A stretch of DNA of 64,000 bases, taken from the NCBI RefSeq assembly GCF_001194135.2, contig NC_068982.1, forward strand, positions 2,306,480 to 2,370,479, written 5' to 3'. Source of the DNA: Octopus bimaculoides. Lineage: Eukaryota. This document shows positions 24,153 to 38,145 of the stretch, in pieces. Numbering within the stretch: position 1 is the stretch's first letter; each line of letters starts with the position of its first letter. Below the pieces are notes generated by a model that ran no database searches, was not told where the DNA came from, and saw nothing but the letters and a program-made list of their open reading frames with translations. The position numbers and the translations under genes are program-made.

Positions 24153-24614
24153 TATTCATTAGAAATGCAGAGACGCCTATAATAGGACATCTACTCGCTA
24201 GAAATAGCAGCAAAAATACTACATACCACAAAAGTTAGGGATAATTTCGAAAGGAAATGAAAAATTTTTGTAGGAAATGAAATGAAAAATTTTTGTATTT
24301 GCTGCCGATTAGGTAAACCGTAAATACGCGGTATATTTTGAAAAATTAGACATAAAAACACGAACCATGCTGCGTACTGATTCGTGCTTCATATGTTGTC
24401 TGGTCAATTCTGCTGACGAAAGTCTGACCTTGTAAGATATAATCTTTATCTTACTAAAATTGACTTGAAACCATGGTACAGAATATAGATTGGTAAAAGT
24501 TTTTATTTTTCATTTCCTTTCGAAATTATCTCTAACTTTTGTGGTATGTAGTATTTTTGCTGCTATTTCTAGCGAGTAGATGTCCTATTATAGGCGTCTC
24601 GGCATTTCTAATGA

Positions 24615-24617
<3 letters not shown>
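24153..24617 (+). mobile_element. Palindromic element: 113-bp inverted arms (24153-24265 / 24505-24617) around a hammerhead-containing spacer
   Basis: Arms differ at about 2 positions; right arm runs into (TA)n. Confidence 0.85.
24407..24484 (+). ncRNA. Type I hammerhead ribozyme with intact core; predicted cleavage after 24478 (GUA)
   Basis: AUUCUG CUGACGA AAGUC [37-nt loop with hairpin] GACUU GAAAC CAUG GUA CAGAAU; stem I 6 bp, stem II 5 bp, palindromic stem III ACCAUGGU. Confidence 0.85.
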
Positions 24618-24648
<31 letters not shown>

Positions 24649-25494
24649 GCTTCTGCGTATATGTATATATATAGATACACTGACATATAGTTATATACGC
24701 ATATATGCAAGCATGACTGAATTCATATATCTGTATTTACATAAGCAGCAATCAATTGCTACGTTTAACACGGAATGCGAAATGCTTTCCGTGATGGAGA
24801 AATTATTTCGGTGCCTGGAATGAAGGTTATTCGCTTCAAAATACAGGGATTTGACGAGACATCGTAATACATACGAAATGTTAAACCAGGCCTAATCAAA
24901 GGCAAGTTATTATATTGTTCCGGATAAAACTGGGTTTACAGCTCTCAAGTGTACTACGGTGAATTAGATACGGTGATCATTAATCAAGATCATAACATTA
25001 TCGATGTTTCCAGAACAGAATAACATGATTAAGAACTTATTATGTCGTCATAATATGGTAAGATAAATGAGCATCGTCACCGAATAAATAATTATTTTCA
25101 ATATTTCTCTCAAAACATATTTTTTTATTATTATTTCTCGAAACTGAGGTGCATATGATTAATAGCTACGTTATAAGGTATCAGAGAATCATAGATACAC
25201 GAACAAACGCACGCACACGCACACACACACACACACACACCCATACACACATACTCACACACATACACACACGCACACCACACACGCTCACACGCACACA
25301 CATATGTACACTCACATAGTATATACATATACGTGTGTACATATATGTGTGTAGATATGTACGCACACCTGCGTATACAAATATGTGTATGTGCGCGCGT
25401 GTGTNNNNNNNNNNNNNNNNNNNNNNNNNNNNNNNNNNNNNNNNNNNNNNNNNNNNNNNNNNNNNNNNNNNNNNNNNNNNNNNNNNNNNNNNNN

Positions 25495-25563
<69 letters not shown>

Positions 25564-26029
25564 GAGATAGTATGCTCTTGTGGGGTGTTTATTTTCTCGT
25601 TTGCAAATCGCAGTTTTTTTCCTGGTTGGAATCATTTTCTCTATTTCTTTACTTTACCCCTTGTTCATTACTCATCTCCTCGTGCTTTTTTCTCAATCAG
25701 CTTTGCCCCACGGAATGCCTCCGTGCTTCCATGAATGGACGGGTACATTCTTGAGCTTATTAACATTTTTTTGTTGTTGTTGTTTGAGGGTTTTTTCAGT
25801 CAGTGTTGTTGGTGAGGATATGACTCTTGTAGGCAGTAACTCTTTTGTTGCTTTTGTTACTGTTGATGGACACTGTTGGCATGGTTTTTGTTGTTGCTTC
25901 TGCTGCCGTTTCCACTGCTGGTTTTAGTCTTACAGTTGCTGTCATTGTTACACTTACATCAACAGGCCACTGCTGCTTCTGCTGCTTATGCTGTTTTGGT
26001 GACCGCATCGGCAGAAAGTGTCAGCTGTC

Positions 26030-26520
26030 CACAGCCAGCAGACTAAGGTGACACTGTTTGCTGGTCTTGCTTCAAAAACCCTGCGAAGAATTCTTGCAGT
26101 TCCTAGCAAATGCTGATTTTTGTAGGTGTTCTACCATCACACTTGCACCACTCTTTTTCAGCCATGTTGGTAGTTGAGTGCTGATACTTCCAACTGCACC
26201 AATTACTGGTATCACGTCTACTCTCTTCATTGACCACAACCTTTGTATTTCACACTTCAAATCGTCGTAGTTGTTTATTTTTTATTTTTTCTCATTGTTC
26301 CTGTTGTCACCGGAGCATGTTATGTCGATTATCATACATGTTCTTTCTTTTTTATTCACCACATCAATGTCCTTTTGAGCGGGATGGGTTTACTCGACCT
26401 GAAGAAAATTCTAACTGGACCCCGCTTGCAAGGTCATGCGCTGTTTATCTTGATATGAGATCATCCAGTCGCGCACATATGGTCGTGATACATGTGTCTG
26501 GTGTTCCCTTATCAGACGAG
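26030..26520 (-). mobile_element. R4/Dong-clade LINE RLE 3' fragment
   Basis: KCEIQRLWSMKRVDVIPVIGAVGSI...VEHLQKSA. Confidence 0.75.
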
Positions 26521-26554
26521 TAGTCATGATGGCATACTAGGCTTAATATATTTT

Positions 26555-26558
26555 AATG

Positions 26559-26634
<76 letters not shown>

Positions 26635-26686
26635 CAACAACCACAACAATATTATTATTATTATTATTATAATAATAATAATAATA
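26555..26686. repeat. (TAA)n/(CAA)n/(TTA)n microsatellite
   Basis: Read directly; lies between two R4/Dong insertions. Confidence 0.95.
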
Positions 26687-28040
26687 AAGGTAAACAAGAG
26701 TCTCCTTGGAGATTATCTGTTTTGATTGTCAGCTCGATTGTTACAGAAAAGACATGTTTTCCAGCAGGCCATGCTGTTCTTAATCAGTGCACACACGTTC
26801 TCAGGTATTGCACACAAGTCGAGTGTTTCTTAAATCCACGAATGCAACAACATGTCGCAATCCTTTTAAAGTCTATCCAGGCCACGCACAAATTCTTTTG
26901 GTACCATTTTTCAGTTCTTCATTATGACCTTGTTTATTACAAGGTGATCCTAGGCGCCCTTTTTTGGTACCCCTTTTGTTCTACTGGGTAGATAGTTTTC
27001 TGCAAGAAATGTATATATTTTCCATGTGAGGATGCCTGTTAATATTTCCATTAGATGTTAAGACAAGTAATGGGTTGTCTCATTGCTATTTGATCGATAT
27101 TACATCAACAACGTTGTCTTTTCCTCTACAATCATTGTTAATTGTTATAGCCTTGATCCCACATTCTGTAGTAAACGCGCACAATGAGCTGAGTTTGAAT
27201 GGGCCTCGTCTCAACCACCTTATGTTCACGGAGGTGGCTCAGGAAGACTGACCTGAAAAAGCATAATGAGAGCATAATGATCGTAGCCCAGGATGAAGCA
27301 TTGAATACCAACTTAGTGAAAAGGGATATATACCACACACGTGCAACGAACCTCTGCCGAATGTGTGGGAAGATGGTCGAAAGCGTGACTCACATTGTTA
27401 TTGCTCGTGAAATTTTTTGCGCAGAAAAAGTACAATCGCAGTCAGGATAAGGTAGCCGAAAACCTTCACTGGTTACTATGCCGGAAGTATGGATACGAGG
27501 TAACGGGTGCTTGGTACCTACATACACCGGAAAAGGTAAAGGACGAAAAGGGGAAGGAAAATATCCTGTGGGACTTTGACTTCCAGACAGATAAGGTGTT
27601 AGAGCACCGAAGGCCGGATATAGTAACCTTTAGGAGGGACAAACGAGAGTGCCTAATGATCGACATGACAGTGCCAGGAGATCAACATATCATGAAAGAA
27701 AGAGAAAAGAGTGATAAATATGGGGACCTGTAAATCGAGATAACCAAGATGTGACAGTTGCGAGAGTCAAACATAAATGTTGTCTCTATTGTCATCGCAG
27801 CATTGGGTTCAATACCACCCAACCTAAAAAATAAAAAAAAAACATCTGGAAACTTTAGAAATACTCTGCAATCTATTTGCATTGTAAAAGTCGGCATTAC
27901 TTGGAACTGCATGCATATTGCGTAAAGTACTGTCTGTCTGAGGTCCTTATTGCAACTTGACAAACAGTACAAATCCCCCGGTAGACACAATATCTTCAAT
28001 CAACAACCTCACGATATTGCACGATACTGTGCGATGTCTT
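26687..28040 (+). mobile_element. R4/Dong-clade LINE with an inverted 5' segment (26687-~27135, minus) and an internally deleted 3' segment (~27142-28040, plus)
   Basis: Both segments align to the 2450-3192 copy; plus segment carries CRMCGK..ES.THIV (CCHC) and RRPDIVTF..LMIDMTVP (RLE). Confidence 0.82.
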
Positions 28041-29239
28041 AAATAATAGTAATAATAATTACAATTTTTAAATTTTATTTTTCTATTTTTGGAGAGACAA
28101 AAGATAGTTGCAAAAGTCTAGATATGAAATGCAGATCCCGAAATCGAAAATCACAATGTATCGAAATCAGATCATAATGTTGAGCAATCACAATAAAAAG
28201 GTTATTGTGTGCAAGCTACAGTGTTCCGAGACGCACAAAATTAAAATGTATAATACAAGAATAAATGCAAGCAACGATACTTCAAACCAAGTAAAAGAAA
28301 ACAGATGAATGGCAAGTGATCTGAATTAATTTAGTGAGTAAATGTTGTTTGTATATGACTTACTTTGGCTTGCTTTAGTAATTGAAGTCTGGATATATGC
28401 TATTATATTTCTATGTATCGTTGAGTTATATGACGTTTAATGCCAACAACGTACTGATAGAGAATTTCAACAATTGAGTGCGTTTGGTTGAACACGGTGT
28501 ATTACATTGTCAAGTGTGTTTGAAGATACTTTTAAATAATCCATGAATTTTTTTTTCTTTTTTGTCCAGAGTCTGTTGTTTTCAGGGGTCATCTGTATAG
28601 ATTGGTTAACCTTTACAGCTTTAAATTACTACGAAACAAAGATATTCTTATCTGGGAAGTTAAAGTAAGATTACCGGGAGATTTACTAAAAAGATACATA
28701 TACATCCCATAAAAAACGATATATGGGATTCCTTCATTAACACTGGAGACGCCCCATGTGTTGTAGCCAAAGTAAGTGTCCCTTTAGCCTAGAATATCCT
28801 GTGACAGTATTGCCTAGGATTATCCTTATGGGAGAAGCAAACGCGGCAACTTATGCTATGCTTACTAAAGTAATCAGGAATTAAATACTGGCTCATTCTA
28901 AAAGTGCACGAAAACGGCAGCCTACAAAATAACAATATATTCCCAACCAATCATAATAATGACATACAGTTACCTTTTTTCTTAAAATGGCACTTCATCA
29001 ACTAACCTACCAATTAGAGAAGGATAATTTCTTTGTAATGAATTATCTAATTTACAGTCTGCTTGTGTGACTCCTTTGATAAATATTTTCGTGCAACTAA
29101 TCCATTACAACGGTCCGTACATTGGAAACTATCACAGACCGTACGAAATAAATGGAGGACTTGAACTAGTTTTATCGAATAGAGAGGAAATACGGTGTAA
29201 AAACATATTGGAAATGTAAGTCAAAACCTTCAGTTTGTA

Positions 29240-29690
29240 TGACTGTTTGAACGCGGGACAGGAATCGTTGGCACAATTGCCGTTTCTTCTGTTAGAATTT
29301 TGATTTTATCCAAGTTTTCTCCTCAGAGGAGAAGCAAAGCATGCCATTTCCGTGATGGGGCTTTCATCTCTTTAGAAATGACCTGTATCAAAGTATCTGG
29401 TACAACAGTTCTTCTAGTCTACTCCAGCAGCTGGCGTTCTTCAGCGATGGTCCTCAATGATTTTCCATAATTATCTCGATAAAGTTTTGAGCTTGTTGGA
29501 TGAATTGCGATATCTTTACTGTGTCCGAACGACTTTTCTCTTGGATACAGCTGAAACATTCCCACCAGAATCTTCCATCTGAAATTAATGTTCAAAAACA
29601 TTTGTAGCATTTGCCGTTTCTAAATCGCTGTATTCCTCATATATGGCAACAATGACAGCGTGTCGTTTCAGTTTTAATAGCATTTTATCT
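29240..29690 (-). mobile_element. Tc1/mariner-superfamily (maT-like) transposase N-terminal remnant
   Basis: Frameshifted KRHAVIVAI..., SRSDTVKISQFIQQAQ, GKSLRTIAEE. Confidence 0.6.
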
Positions 29691-29835
29691 GTCATGGAAG
29701 ATTTGAATGGAATAAACAAAAAAAAACCCAACTCTTTAAATGATTTGCAGAAAATAATACACAGATAATTAAGCGTTTTCGTATACCCCTTGCACCCTGC
29801 ATATGATTATAAATTCTAGCATATATGCATGTGAA

Positions 29836-29985
29836 TGTATGTATGTATGTATGTATGTATGTATGTATGTATGTATGTATGTATGCATGTATGTATGTTT
29901 GTATGTATGTATGTATGTATGTATGTATGTATGTTTGTATGTATGTATGTATGCATGTATGTATGTATGTATGTATGTATGTATG
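29836..29985. repeat. (ATGT)n microsatellite
   Basis: Read directly. Confidence 0.95.
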
Positions 29986-30479
29986 TCCCTCTCTCTCTCG
30001 CTTTCTCTAACTTTCTCCTTCTTCATTTCTCTATTGTTGTCCTGTTATATTTTTCAAATATAAGCTTGCCCTTTTTCCTTCATTAGATTAATTCTTTTCA
30101 AACGAACAAAATGGAGATCGCTGTGTCAAAATGGTATTAAAAACGTTGTTGCAACCAGCATTAACAGGCTTCGGAGTGCAAGGTAAAGGAGAAAAGAGGC
30201 TGCAAATATATTACATGCAGTGACCTGTAATCCTCGCAACATCTGTGGCTTTCTTTGAAAATCGTTGGTGGAACTTAAATGTCACATTCAACGTAAGCAT
30301 TATGGCTGACATAGAAAGAGTACGTTGTCGGATGGTCATACGTCAAAACCGACGGGAGAGTCCATCATACACTCACACACACACACATGCGCGCGCACAC
30401 ACACATATATGTATACACAAGACACATGTATGTATGTATTTTCCTTTTTCTTAGATTCACCGTTCTCTATTGCTTTTGT

Positions 30480-30960
30480 AACTCTCATGTGGGAATGATT
30501 AGCTGACACGTTGAATCCATTCCGAACTGCATGCGAAAGTAACCTGTTAGAAATTCCCATCAACAGAGCTATCGATGTAATTCCCACCCTTCTTGGAACC
30601 AATGAACTCATAAAACCACTGTTTAAATGCAGATTCCATTCCTACTGAAACGTATTACTCTTGCGAAGCGTCAGTTGAAGTTTTAATTTCTATTTTCACT
30701 TATGTGGTCAGCAGGCGTCATTTCCCAACAGTTCAATGATCCTATCACCATTCACCTGTTCAAGAACAAAGGGAACATACAACTATGTATCTATTACAGT
30801 GATAACAGCTTCTTATTGATTATTGGCGAAATATTGACGAGATTGCTTCATCCATCAACAAAATACAAACAATCTCCTAGCGAAAAGCCTCTGTGGCTTC
30901 CGTTGTAAAAGAATATTAATGACATAGTTCATCATTACATGGTGCTATATTAGGATTTGT
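30480..30960 (+). mobile_element. RTE/BovB-like LINE RT fragment
   Basis: MWSAGVISQQFND..TIHLFKNKGN.QLC....SFLLIIGEILTRLL (ORF 30702..30908); IPINRAIDVIPTL upstream. Confidence 0.7.
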
Positions 30961-33900
30961 ATATAAAGCTTTGTTGTTCTAACGATAGCTTTTAAAATGA
31001 TGCGTGGAGAAAGTTTGAGTTGAAGCCTTGTGAAACATGACTGTGCTTCTATTTTCGTACATATTATCTTTATAAGTGTTAAGGGCAATGGATTCATATC
31101 AGTATAGAACCTCTGTTCCGTATACTACTAAAACACATGTCAGTGTGGTTGCACCTATCTTTCTTAGAATCGTGTTTTGTACCTCGTCACGGGTTTTTTA
31201 GGACGTGTCTAGTTGAAATTGACATTAATTGGAGAGATTTTGGAAAAAAATTATTCTCTCTTTGTACATTCTAAGTAAAAATCAAAATGAAATATCTAAG
31301 TCTCTGTGAGGGGCAGTTTTGAGATGACTATCGATTGCTGATCATCGATTGCTGATTATAGATTGCTGGTGCTTAGGGAATCCAACATTCAAGTAGATGT
31401 CTAAAATCTGGCCTCAAAACGAGGGTGAGATATTTTGGTGCAGCTGTTTTGGCGCCGTCCATTTGGCGTCACTGATCTGACTCAGGCATCACGTTTTAAT
31501 ATTTCTTTCCTTCTCCCGCATTCTCTCTCTTTCTCCCTCCCCCTCTCTCTCTCTACCATTGTCGTTTTATGTGCGTGCGTGAATATGTGTGTAAGGAGGG
31601 CGATAGTTCTATGCTAGTCGTAGTCAATCTATAAAATGTAATGCCCCATTCTCTCCCTCTCCCCTCACTCTATCTGCATGCATATGTGTCTACACTCGCA
31701 CGCACGTATGTGCATGTGTGCGTGTGCGTGTGCGTGTGTGTGTCTGTGTGTGTTTATGTGTCAAAAAATAGCAGCAGAATATTCAGTCTGCCTCTGCCAC
31801 AACGAGCACTAGAAACGAAAAGTATACAGCAATGAACCCGAAAACAAGAACAACACGGACAGTACAGAACCGGGAATAAACGCGATGAAGAATTAGATAA
31901 AAATGTTGACAATTTGACAGAAATTTGAATCACACTCTCCTCTAATACCTGCAGTGATGCTGAAATGCCGTATTGGCATCGAGAGTACTTCATCTGGAAC
32001 ACTGTGATATAAATTTTGGGAAAATGCGGATATCCACGCTCATACCAAAATGAAAGTTTAGCATGTTGTCATCTATTTAACTTTGTTCTGTGGTAGTTGC
32101 CAAAGATTTTAACGATAAAGTAGCAGGATAGATTTCTCGCAGGGTGTGTGCCAATTTATCGACTGTGTTTGCTAAGGAGAAGCAAACAAAGCTACATTAA
32201 GCTGAATATGGTGACAGCATGTCTACGTTTACGCAACCAAAAGCAGCAATTTTGCATTTGTTGCAAATGGAGAGCGCAATTTTGGCGTAGTAAAAATTCA
32301 AAGATCCACAGAAAGTCATCTTAAAAGACTAAGTTCAACGAAATCACAATGGAAAGAAGATATGGCTAGTGAAGCAACATGTTTTAATATTCGCGAATCA
32401 ACGTAGTTAAGGCCAAAATGGAAGCTTGTAACTTACCACTCTTACATCAATTAAACCGTACACCGTGGCAAAATCGTCTCTGACATAACAGGTTTTTTTT
32501 TCACCAACAATTCAGATACACGTCTCACTTTTATTCTGTTAATCATTTATTTATTCTTACAAATATGTTTTTTTAAATAGAAATAATATATAATTCTAAA
32601 TCGGAATAAGTGTTAAGTCAAATCATATAATTATAGTAAAGCAAAATCGGGCAACATACGATGATGTATTTATGAATTAATTTTTATCTAACACTCTGTT
32701 TCTAGATATTGTGTATAGCAAAAGCAAATCGTTTGAACACGCATGTCAAATAGGATGAGAAATAAGCACGTGGCTGAAGTTAAATAAATATCGGAAATTA
32801 TATTTTATACTTAGTTTACTCTCGCTCCTGATCAATCTATTGCTGTCAACAACAAATTTGTAAAGTATAAGATAACATTATCTAGCAATACTATCTGATT
32901 CAAATATATTTCTCTATATACTTCCGAAATTGCTTTGATAGTGTTCAGATAAGAATTCTCAGTTGTCAACACGATGAATTCTAAATTTATTTTAAAGTGA
33001 ACAATAAGTATATAAGAAAATGTGAAAATAATGCACGTGTATAAGGCACGGGATATAATTCTTTACAATAAACTCGCTTCCAAATTTACAAGCATAACCC
33101 TTTCACGAACTATACAATCGTCAGTTTTTCACCCAATGCCCGAGTTTTTTTTTCCATATATTTGAAATGTATTCATTGGGTGTTGGTGGGTTAATAGTAA
33201 GACATCTCACCATATTGTAATAGAATCTGTGTAATAAGTTGCAATCTTCAGGATCTTGGTTTATGTATGTATATATGTATACGTCTAAATAACATAAACG
33301 CATGTTTATATATGTGTGTGCGTGTGAATGCGTACATATGTGAATGCATATAAGCCCAATCATACATACATACATACATACAAGCACGCATGCATACATA
33401 CAAGCACGCATACATACATATATATATATGCGCGCGTGTGAGTGTGTATGTATGTGTAGGTATATATATATATGTATGTATACCACTGTAATGGTTGCAA
33501 AGTTGCATGCTATTACAGAATATGGAATCGCATAAGGTATCTTATATCAATGATATAATTAAAAATTCTACCTCGCAAATGGAAAAACATTCTTGTAAAT
33601 AACGTGCTACATTTGAATTGAGAAGTGGTATTAACTATTAATTACACACTCAGCTAATTATACTTATAAAAAGAGGAAAATTTATTTTTATATTCAATCT
33701 ACGCCACACTTACAACGACCAGAATAGATCCACCAGCTCAATAAGAAACTGAGATATGCCGTGTTCATTGCAGAGTGTTTCAGAATAGTGCAGATATAAG
33801 CAAACTGAGAATTGAATAATATATTTTTCTTTTTCGAACTCAACCATTAATTATTTTCATAGAGTGACTGTAGTGCTTCTATTCCGTCCATACATATTGG

Positions 33901-34029
33901 AAATGATATTTGTTTATTACAATTTATTTGCTGATCCCTTAACCTGCAGGACCATCAAGATAACAGTAACGTAAATAAGGTCACTTACACACATATATAC
34001 ACACACGCGCTAATNNNNNNNNNNACGCG

Positions 34030-34105
<76 letters not shown>

Positions 34106-34242
34106 CTCAACTTATATATGATTGCGTGCATATTCATGCCATTCAATGCTGCTCCAAGCGCGTCTATTTAATATGCATCTGTGTCTGTGGGTGTTTGGTT
34201 ATGTATATACGTGTATATTATATATACCCATATATGTGTATG

Positions 34243-34312
<70 letters not shown>

Positions 34313-34322
34313 NNNNNNNNNN

Positions 34323-34366
<44 letters not shown>

Positions 34367-34453
34367 TAGATATATAGATATATATATATATATATATAAT
34401 TAAATTAATAATAATATGTATTATATAATATGTATATAATTATATTATGGGAC

Positions 34454-34887
34454 CAAAGGCGAAAATGACCTGTCTCCAGCATGCTTGAAGTGCCGTGACC
34501 TACAAAAAGACTACCAAAACCTCCAGATAAATATGCACATGGCTGAAAGCGGGCCAACGAAAGAATATTAAAAAGACCTCCCGTTAATTGTGAATTGGTT
34601 CCAATTTCTGGATTGAAACCATAAACAAGCGTTTTTCCTTCGTCAACACGATACTCGGGGAAATATAAATACAAATAATTGCACATACCGTGCAAAGCAG
34701 GTTCACACGTCTACATAAACTGGTTCACACGTTTAGATTGGAACCAATACACAATTAACGCGGGGTCTTTTTAATAGTCTTTCGCTGGCCCGCTTTCAGC
34801 CATGCGTATATTTATCTGGAGTTTTTGGTAGCTTTATGACGGTATCTACACTTCAGACATACCGGAGATAGGTCGTTTTCGCCTTTG
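34454..34887 (-). mobile_element. Palindromic element: ~150-bp inverted arms (34454-34605 / 34737-34887) with a hammerhead on the minus strand
   Basis: Arms roughly 80% identical by eye; adjacent to a TA-rich microsatellite. Confidence 0.8.
34587..34652 (-). ncRNA. Decayed type I hammerhead (C3 to U)
   Basis: Minus strand: aucGUG UUGACGA A GGA [loop] UCC A GAAA UUGG aa CCAA UU CACaau. Confidence 0.6.
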
Positions 34888-35211
34888 CTCTCTTAAGATA
34901 ATTTTATACATTTTATACATTAATTTAATGTATAAATTGCCTGTAAATTTTGATAGCATGCTGACTACCTGATTAAAATCATTAACGTAATTTTTATCCT
35001 TATATTCAATTATGAATTAAATAAATAAAATTAAAATTAAATAATTTAATTATTCTTACTCCTGACCGGAACAGAATTTACTGTACAAGTATTCTTATAA
35101 TATGCACGTTGCTGTCGTGGGGGTATTTAAAATTGACTTATCCTGGATTTATACGTGCAAATACTTGTAGGTAGACAGGTGAGCCTGCTTTGTATGGTAT
35201 ATGCCATTATA

Positions 35212-35254
<43 letters not shown>

Positions 35255-36230
35255 TTCTCTTACACATTGTAAGAAAAGGAGAAAAGAGAGCGATAGCAAG
35301 AATACGATCGAGAAAATGTGGGAGAGATAAATATACGGTATATTCACTCGAATATTCAGGACATGTGTGACATTTGTGGACTTGATGAATATTCTTTCAA
35401 GAAATTAGAAAAGAACATTTTGGATTTCGCTTCCTCAGATCCGTGGATACTTATAAATTGTTTGTGTTTTTGTGATTTTGCTTCATCCATTGATATCCAA
35501 GCTGAACCAGGTTCAACGATCTACATATGTTTTATTGCAACCAAAGTAAACGTGAGTAACAAACACATAACTCCAGGCATAATTCTGCTGGAAAGGAATT
35601 ACTTATGCAATAAATAAACAAATAAATAAATTCATTTTCATCATTCGTTCGCAGTAGACATTTTGGGCAAGAATATGCTATTAGAAATTAAAAGATGATG
35701 TATAACTTGAGCAAAAGTAAGAAACGTTTATTTTTATTTAACTGATATTCCACGATGGGTTGAGAAAGAAATAACAGCACCTTGCGGTAACTGCTAAATG
35801 CCTAAAGAATATAATGTGATAATAGTTTATCATATACCTCACGCACATTTCCCGTAAAGAATGTAAAATTTGTAAGAAAGGGACAAGAGTTGACGTGTTC
35901 AGGTTTATTAGATTTTATCACTGTATTCTGATATGTTGGGGTCTGCTTCATCAGTTGTCAAATCTTTTGCGGATATAAAAAAAATTACGAATAATTTTAT
36001 GTCAGTAAAATTTGCATATCGATTTGTATTTTGCTATTAATAAATCTTCTACATTTCCACGTCGACTATTGCCTTGGGTGCAATGTAGTAAACAGAAATT
36101 GCGAATGCATCCATCATATCAATATATACACATGTATACCTAAATGCATGTACATATTTATACATATGTATATATTGGAGGATATGTGTGAGTATATAAA
36201 CGTGTATGCTTTCATATATATATATATATG

Positions 36231-36327
<97 letters not shown>

Positions 36328-36549
36328 GCACTTACAAACTCTCACACACACACTAACACAAACACACGCGCATATATATATATGCTTACGTGCGTGCGTG
36401 CCTGTCTGTTGTGTCTGTGTGCGTTTGTGCGTGCGTGTCCGTGAGATCAGTGGACAGAAGTGGGAATTCAACGCAACATGTATTATAGGAATTATTTGTT
36501 TTTGACATAGCGGTTCGTGAAGGCTCATTCAGTTCCTCCAGTATTCGGA

Positions 36550-37620
36550 CGCAATATGGAGTAAAATCAAAACGGCTTCTTTATTACAGAGACTAACCCT
36601 CATTGATCAGCTGGGGCCATGTTACGGTATCATGAATACATTTAATAGATCTCCGGAAAAACCTACCCAGGTGATACTTTGCATTCATAAACATACCAAC
36701 CACGATCCAGCTGTAATGAAAAATTCACCTAAAAATCCCCAACCTATCGTACGATACAGAGATTTTATTCAATGGGCCAAAATCACATCACAACGGGGCT
36801 TTACTGGTCCTCATCTGCACACCCAAATCATGAGATTTAGAGAAAAAAGGGTATCTAATAGAATCTTCCATTCAGCCAAGATGTTTCTACTAATATCGCA
36901 AGGAGATTCCTGACCTTCATTCTGTTACATTCTCTTAGAACCTTTAGGTACCGATACTTTGAAGGCCTGCTGTTCGTATTTAGACAATATCCTTTATATT
37001 AATACACACCAGAAGAGAAGAAAACACACGTTAATGAAAACTCCATCCTATATGCCAAGCAGCAGATGCTGAAACCCTACAGATTGGGAGAATTCTGTCT
37101 CTCGGAACCCACTCTCATATCACCAAATGGTAGAATGAGTCACTACACGAGCAGGACGACCAAAGACCTTAACGGAAATTCATGCAACTTAGGCATTATT
37201 TCATATGTAGGAACAAGGAAAACTCTACTGCATTGTCTTTCTTTATGTAAAGTTTTCGTAACCACAACCGTATCTCATCCAGTATCATACGGGTTGTACA
37301 CAAAGTACCACATCTTACTTGTACAGGCCTCGCAATTGCTACCTTTGCTTTCAAGAAAGGCTGCACATCTTCCAACGGCCAGCAGCATGTATCAGCAGAA
37401 AAATTGACGTTCCATGTTGTCCACGAACAAGATATACTCTTTTGATGTACCTCAAATGATTGACAGACGATAATCGCCCTATCCCAATCTATATCGGGCT
37501 ATACTGTGCTTCTTGGCTGCATTGAGATAACCAAACCCATTCTGGCATTTCAACGATTTAGGAAACATGGCCCTCATAGGTGTGATTGCGTCACGCATTA
37601 ATTACTAAGTAGCTCTCATC
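36550..37620 (+). mobile_element. RTE-clade LINE fragment, heavily decayed
   Basis: FCLSEPTLISPNGRM and CKVF.....PVSYG resemble post-RT RTE motifs. Confidence 0.55.
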
Positions 37621-38102
37621 TAATTTAATGAATTATTACAACATATCTGAGGCCACAACTGACAGTCAGACGTTAAAGTTTCTTTGTAATGGTGAAGGCA
37701 TCGCTTCCCATCTGATGCTTTAAGAATTGATTCTGTTGACGCATCAAATTCTATGCTCTGATGACTAAGCAAAATTAATATTCTCTTGCATATCAGAGAA
37801 GTTGTCAATGAATTTTCACTATAACGGCGTGACCCGAACTTACCAATGGGAGTTAATTTCTTTAACACAGAAAGCATTGTGTTTACTCTTCATTTTGCTT
37901 ACGAATGGCCGAGGAAGTTCTTGTTTTTTCACGTCTCGAAATATTAAGTTATACGGGGAGCTAAATTAAACTGTTATCCAACACACACATACACCCCTCA
38001 AATACACACACACACTCCTAAAAGCGGGTATACATACATACATACATACATANNNNNNNNNNNNNNNNNNNNNNNNNNNNNNNNNNNNNNNNNNNNNNNN
38101 NN

Positions 38103-38145
<43 letters not shown>

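Noticed and set aside
24153-24617. Classical DNA MITE interpretation (also for 34454 and 53740)
   Set aside because: No clear TSD or transposase-type termini; a central hammerhead and, at 53740, a tail beyond the arm fit a retroelement better. Not fully excluded.
25560-26030. Possible additional LINE 5' region on the minus strand
   Set aside because: Low-complexity CAG/CAA-rich sequence; cannot be assigned.
31800-32450. Possible decayed transposase or exon
   Set aside because: No frame gives a recognisable motif.
35318-35617. 99-aa ORF
   Set aside because: No recognisable domain or splice context; length is compatible with chance.
35880-35960. CUGAUGA on the minus strand with a distant GUC
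   Set aside because: GAAA is broken and there is no convincing stem I or II.
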